A stretch of 64,000 nt of DNA. Source: Promethearchaeota archaeon. GTDB taxonomy: Archaea > Asgardarchaeota > Lokiarchaeia > Sigyniarchaeales > SOKP01. The translations under genes and the position numbers were made by a program. The stretch spans positions 15,543 through 79,542 of the forward strand of contig JBHLMQ010000013.1 of NCBI GenBank assembly GCA_048938005.1, written 5' to 3'. This document shows, one piece after another, positions 59,405-64,000 of the stretch (positions are counted from its first letter, which is position 1; every line of letters begins with the position of its first letter). The notes below the pieces were generated by a model. That model was not told the DNA's origin. It worked only from the letters and a program-made list of their open reading frames with translations, and made no database searches.

Positions 59405-60406
59405 ATCTCAGAAAAAGAACAAAACTCTAAAGAAAATTATAACTTTAATGATTGGACTGTAAAAGAATTAAGAGAATTTGCATCGAAGAATAATATTAAC
59501 TTACCTTCTAAGTCTAAAAAACAAAATATCATAGATTTACTTCAGGAAGTTGTATCACATCCTGAATTCACAGATAGAACTCAGGAAATTGAAGAGATGG
59601 AAGAGGAACTAGTTGCTGGATTTGATGATGAGGAAGACCTTGCTTTGTTGAGAAAACAAAAAATTGAATTAAAATTCTGGCAAAAACCACCATTTTCAAG
59701 TCTACTAGATACCGAATTGGCAAAAGAATCAGAAATTGCATTTTATGATTTAGCAAAATTGGTTGATGAATTTTTTGATCAGATGCTTCATGAAGAATTG
59801 ATAAATTATAAGATTTCTGGAATAGCGCTTAAAACTTCTGCAACTTTACATCATTATAAAATCTCAAGCATAATTAGAGAAGAAGAGCAAATTCAGAAAA
59901 GAGAAGAATTAGAAAGATTCAGACAAAAACATGGAAGAACAATTCCAAAAGCATTGCCTCAACCCATTCAACCTAAAATGCAAATCGCCACAAAAGAAGA
60001 ATTATTTGATGCTATGAGATCTGCTATTATAGAGGTTATGCAAAATAAAGAAAAGTTAAGAAGAAGACGGATGAGAAAAGAAGAGCTTAAAGAACAAAGG
60101 ATCCAAATTAGGTCTAAAGCACAACTACCCAAAGAACTTTTAAAACATATTAGCGGAAGGGATCAATCAATAGAAGAATTGCATGAATCATGGTACAATC
60201 GAATTAAAGCCACAATTAATTTAGATAATAAAGAATCAAGCTTTTTTGATTTAGCAAATATTATTAAAGATGAAGAAAAAAGTAGTATAGGCCGGAAATT
60301 TTCTTTAGTAAGAATGTTTTTAGCTTTGATGTTCCTCTCTTCTGGAAATAAATTACTTTTATCTCAAGATGAAGATTTTCAAAATATTTCAGTTAATGTT
60401 AGATAA
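59405..60406 (+). CDS. scpA: Kleisin ScpA with N-terminal HeH/SAP-like extension (track start 59597)
   Basis: C-terminal FLALMFL...L.QDEDF.NI kleisin wHTH; frame open 64 codons upstream, including WTVKELREFASKNNINLPSKSKKQNIIDLL. Confidence 0.8.
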   Translation: MSEKEQNSKENYNFNDWTVKELREFASKNNINLPSKSKKQNIIDLLQEVVSHPEFTDRTQEIEEMEEELVAGFDDEEDLALLRKQKIELKFWQKPPFSSLLDTELAKESEIAFYDLAKLVDEFFDQMLHEELINYKISGIALKTSATLHHYKISSIIREEEQIQKREELERFRQKHGRTIPKALPQPIQPKMQIATKEELFDAMRSAIIEVMQNKEKLRRRRMRKEELKEQRIQIRSKAQLPKELLKHISGRDQSIEELHESWYNRIKATINLDNKESSFFDLANIIKDEEKSSIGRKFSLVRMFLALMFLSSGNKLLLSQDEDFQNISVNVR

Positions 60407-60436
60407 AAATAAATTTCGCGAGATTTTAAAATTATT

Positions 60437-61312
60437 ATGAATAAAATTGATGAAAATTTAAAAGAAAATTTAGAGGGAGAATCTAAGGAGGATATTGAAA
60501 GAATAGTTGAAGATCTCCCTGATGAAGAATCGGAATTAGAGGAGATTGAAGAAGATTTTCATGAAATTGAAGAAGATTCTATTAATGAAATTAATGAGGA
60601 GGTACTTGAAGTCGATATTAAAGCTTCTGCAATAGAAAAAATGGATCAGATTGTTGAAGGTAAATCTATAGACAGGGAAATATTAGAAGGGGTATCAATC
60701 GAAAAACAACTAAGAGATTTTAATAGAAACTTAATTGAAGCTTCACTATATGCTGCGGGTAGACCTTTAACAATCGAAGAACTAGCCAATAAGTTGGAAT
60801 TCCCCAAAAAAGAAGTAGAAGAATTAATCAATGAAGTAGCATTTGATTATCTGGAACGCTCAACTTCATTAGTTATTGCTCAAATAGGGGATAGATACCA
60901 AATGCAGATTAGACCAGAATATACAGAACAAGTTTCTAAATTTGCTAAAGGTGGAGCAATAGCAGAAAGATATTTAAGAACCTTAACTGTTATTGCTTTA
61001 AAACAACCGATTTTAAAGTCAACGGTAATTAAAATAAGAGGGACTGGAGCATACGAGCATGTTAAGTATCTTTTAGATAATGGATTTATAGATGCTGTAA
61101 AAAAAGGAAGAACTCACGAATTAACGACAACAGATAGATATGCTGATATGTTTGGATTACCAAAAGATAAAACTGAATTAAAACGAGCAATGGTTAAACA
61201 ACTAGGAATTGAAGAACTTTCCAATAGTGAGCAACCGGAGGAAAATGAAGATAATTTAACAAGTGAACTATCGGTTGAGAGTGAAGAAGAAAAAGATGAA
61301 ACTCAATTTTAA
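60437..61312 (+). CDS. scpB: SMC-Scp complex subunit ScpB with acidic tails
   Basis: IEASLYAAGRPL, TLTVIALKQPI.KS...IRG, TTDRYADMFGL. Confidence 0.93.
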   Translation: MNKIDENLKENLEGESKEDIERIVEDLPDEESELEEIEEDFHEIEEDSINEINEEVLEVDIKASAIEKMDQIVEGKSIDREILEGVSIEKQLRDFNRNLIEASLYAAGRPLTIEELANKLEFPKKEVEELINEVAFDYLERSTSLVIAQIGDRYQMQIRPEYTEQVSKFAKGGAIAERYLRTLTVIALKQPILKSTVIKIRGTGAYEHVKYLLDNGFIDAVKKGRTHELTTTDRYADMFGLPKDKTELKRAMVKQLGIEELSNSEQPEENEDNLTSELSVESEEEKDETQF

Positions 61313-61348
61313 TATTCTTAATAAGTTCTTGTAATTCTGTATATTTTT

Positions 61349-64000
61349 TTAGAGTAGGATTTTAAGCTGTTCTCCAAGGATCCTCTTTCTCTCCTTTAGT
61401 TGTTCTAGGTTTTCTCGCTCTTTTTGAACTATTTCTGGATTTGCTCGTTGGGCAAAAGGGCTACTCAGTTTTTTTTCACTTTTTTGTTTTTGTTCCTCAA
61501 TTAAATCAATTTGTTTCGAAATCCGTTCAATTTCCATTTTTATATCAATTATTCCTTCTAATGGAAGATATATTATTATGCCTTGAAATACAATTCGAGC
61601 AGAATGTTTAGGTATGTCTGTTTCATCAATCTTAAATTGTTCTTTATCTATGTGGGATAAAGCGATAATTTCTGAAGCAACATTTTCAATTAATTCTCGC
61701 TTATTTCCAGTTTGTATAATTAGTGGAATTTTTAAACCAGGCTTCACGTTGAACTCCTTTCTAACACGTCGAATTTCATGAATTAAGGTAGTGATCAAAT
61801 CAAAATCTTGATCAAGCATGTCATCTATTAATGATTCATCGGATTCAGGCCATTTTGCTACAATTAATGCAGGTCCATCTTTTACTACTTCTGGTAATGT
61901 CTGCCATAAAGCCTCTGTTAAAAAGGGTGTGATGGGATGGAGAAGGCGTAATGATGTTTCTAAAACATTAAGTAAAATAGATATTGGAGTTCGTTTATCT
62001 GGTTCATTTTCATCATAAATCCGAATTTTGGAAATTTCGATATACCAATCACAAAACTCATCCCAAAAAAATGTCCGTATTGATCGAGCTGCGTTTAAAT
62101 AATCATAGCCTTCATAATAATTATTTACTTGGGCGATCATTTTATTTAATCGAGAAAGAATCCAACGGTCTCCAACATGAAGTTTATCAGTTGGATATGA
62201 TGCAGAAAACCTTTCAATCTCTTCTATTTTATCAAGATTACCCAAAATATAATTTGCTGATTGCCAGACCTTGTTACAAAAATTTTTAGAGGATCTAAGA
62301 AGCCCCTCACTAAGATTTAAGTCTTTACCGGGGACAGTGTTGGCAATAAATGTGAAACGTAAAGCATCAGCACCATATTTTTCGATAATTTTTAATGGAT
62401 TATATTCCGCAATATTTTCCATAGATTTACTAATCTTATAACCCTGTTCATTGCGAATAATTCCGTGAAAATAACACATTCGATACGGTGATTGTTTAGT
62501 TAATTCTAAACCTAACATCATTTCTCGAGCAACCCAGAAGAATAGAATATCATAAGCAGTTTCGCGCATATCATTAGGATAATATCTTATGAAATCTTCA
62601 CTATCCACATTTGGCCAACCTAAGGTTGCAAATGGCCATAAACCAGAAGAGAACCAAGTATCTAAAACATCCTCATCTTGCTTCAGATCTTTATTATTAC
62701 AAGTAGGACATTTTGTAGGTTCTTCCATTTCACAGATTTCATGTCCATTTGAACAGTACCATACTGGAATCCGGTGTCCCCACCATAATTGACGACTGAT
62801 ACACCAATCTCTTATATTTTCCATCCATTGATAGAATCGTGTTTCTTCTCTCTCTGGTATCATCATTGTGACTCCACTTCTTACCGCATCCATTGCCTCT
62901 CTTGCGAGGGTTCGAGTCCTTACAAACCATTGGGTTGAGATACGTGGTTCAATTATAGTATTACATCGTTGGCAATGACTTATTGTATGAGAATAAGGTT
63001 CAATTTTTTGTAATAAACCCTCTTTTTCTAAATCTTTGACAATTTCATCTCTACATTCAAACCGATCCATATTTGCATATTTTCCCGAATATTCTGGAAT
63101 CATCTTACCAGATTCATCCATAATTGTTATTGCTTCTAAATTATATTTAATTCCAATTTCATAATCGTTTGGATCATGAGCAGGAGTAATTTTTAAAGCA
63201 CCAGTTCCAAATTCGGGATCTACATATGAATCTTCTAAAATAGGAATTTTACGTCCGAGTACGGGCAACACTGCAGTTTTACCCTTATATTTGGAGAATT
63301 CTTGATGTTTTGGGGCAATAGCAACCGCAGTGTCTCCTAATAATGTTTCGGGTCTAGTTGTAGCTAAAGTTATAAATTCTGTTGCACCTTCTGCCCATTT
63401 ACCAGATGCCCAGTCTCCTTTTGGTCCATTCCATTTATCTGTAATAATCGGATATTTTAAATACCATAAATGGCTTTCATGCTCTTCAGATTCTGCTTCT
63501 AAATTTGATATCGCAGATTCACATCTTCCAGGACACCAATTTACCATATATCTTCCTCTGTAAATTAATCCCTTCTTATAGAGGAGGTTAAATGCTGTTA
63601 TCACTGCTTTATAATATCTTTTATCTAGAGTAAACCTATTACGAGTCCAATCACAAGAGGCTCCCATACTTCTGGATTGGTCTAATATTATATTTTGACA
63701 TTTATTTGTCCAATCCCATACTTCCTCTAAAAACTTTTTTCGACCAATTTCTTTCCTGTAAATCCCTTTTTTAGCTAATTCTCTTTCCACTACATTTTGC
63801 GTTGCTATCCCTGCGTGATCTGTTCCTGGAAGAAAAAGAGTTTCTTTTTGTTTCATACGTTCATAACGTGTCATAAGATCTTCAATTGTAAGGACTATTG
63901 CATGTCCTAGATGAAGAATACCAGTTACATTCGGAGGAGGAAGCGTAATACAAAAACGAGGTCCGTTTTCTTCCACTAAACCTAATTCACGTTGTTTTTC
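61349..64000 (-). CDS. valS: Valyl-tRNA synthetase; 5' end lies beyond the right edge
   Basis: PPPNVTGILHLGH, GTDHAGIATQ, ATTRPET, DWCISRQLWWGHRIP, DVLDTWFSS, KISKS; frame is open to base 64000. Confidence 0.97.
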   Translation of the reverse strand, partial: EKQRELGLVEENGPRFCITLPPPNVTGILHLGHAIVLTIEDLMTRYERMKQKETLFLPGTDHAGIATQNVVERELAKKGIYRKEIGRKKFLEEVWDWTNKCQNIILDQSRSMGASCDWTRNRFTLDKRYYKAVITAFNLLYKKGLIYRGRYMVNWCPGRCESAISNLEAESEEHESHLWYLKYPIITDKWNGPKGDWASGKWAEGATEFITLATTRPETLLGDTAVAIAPKHQEFSKYKGKTAVLPVLGRKIPILEDSYVDPEFGTGALKITPAHDPNDYEIGIKYNLEAITIMDESGKMIPEYSGKYANMDRFECRDEIVKDLEKEGLLQKIEPYSHTISHCQRCNTIIEPRISTQWFVRTRTLAREAMDAVRSGVTMMIPEREETRFYQWMENIRDWCISRQLWWGHRIPVWYCSNGHEICEMEEPTKCPTCNNKDLKQDEDVLDTWFSSGLWPFATLGWPNVDSEDFIRYYPNDMRETAYDILFFWVAREMMLGLELTKQSPYRMCYFHGIIRNEQGYKISKSMENIAEYNPLKIIEKYGADALRFTFIANTVPGKDLNLSEGLLRSSKNFCNKVWQSANYILGNLDKIEEIERFSASYPTDKLHVGDRWILSRLNKMIAQVNNYYEGYDYLNAARSIRTFFWDEFCDWYIEISKIRIYDENEPDKRTPISILLNVLETSLRLLHPITPFLTEALWQTLPEVVKDGPALIVAKWPESDESLIDDMLDQDFDLITTLIHEIRRVRKEFNVKPGLKIPLIIQTGNKRELIENVASEIIALSHIDKEQFKIDETDIPKHSARIVFQGIIIYLPLEGIIDIKMEIERISKQIDLIEEQKQKSEKKLSSPFAQRANPEIVQKERENLEQLKERKRILGEQLKILL

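Noticed and set aside
5564-63563. Many short ORFs in the track lying inside larger genes (for example 5564-5872, 23642-23920, 38063-38425, 54944-55258, 61984-62289)
   Set aside because: Antisense or alternate-frame shadows of well-supported genes, with no motifs of their own.

Overview
Very AT-rich archaeal chromosomal segment. Gene content points to an Asgard archaeon, probably Lokiarchaeia (inference): archaeal ribosomal proteins, class I LysRS, TFB, TgtA, RNase P Rpp30/Pop5, a roadblock protein, a Rag/Arf-like GTPase with a roadblock-like tail, a longin/uDENN-like protein and an EMC6-like protein. Most genes are housekeeping (rpl3-rpl4-rpl23, lysS, ABCE1, tfb, tgtA, trm5, trpB2, pyrI, rqcH, rnp2/rnp3, rpl15e, smc-scpA-scpB, valS), plus tRNA-Ile(GAT) and tRNA-Arg(TCT). 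No CRISPR array or transposase was seen. The best signals are mostly missed by the ORF track: (1) a 16-codon uORF with four Trp codons (MATVRSITWQWPWRWQ) upstream of trpB2, a candidate archaeal Trp-sensing leader peptide; (2) a ~363-bp tandem duplication whose copies each carry a conserved 9-codon mini-ORF (MPYSGEIGG / MPLTGEIGS), upstream of a B12-radical SAM gene, near an MFS transporter and divergent from a 1211-aa putative regulator; (3) a 1483-aa SMC with no recognisable hinge, paired with a kleisin that has an unannotated N-terminal HeH/SAP-like domain; (4) a C/D box sRNA predicted to guide 23S rRNA Gm2251; (5) three genes that appear to start at ATA/ATC. All family calls come from motif recognition by eye; no database searches were run.
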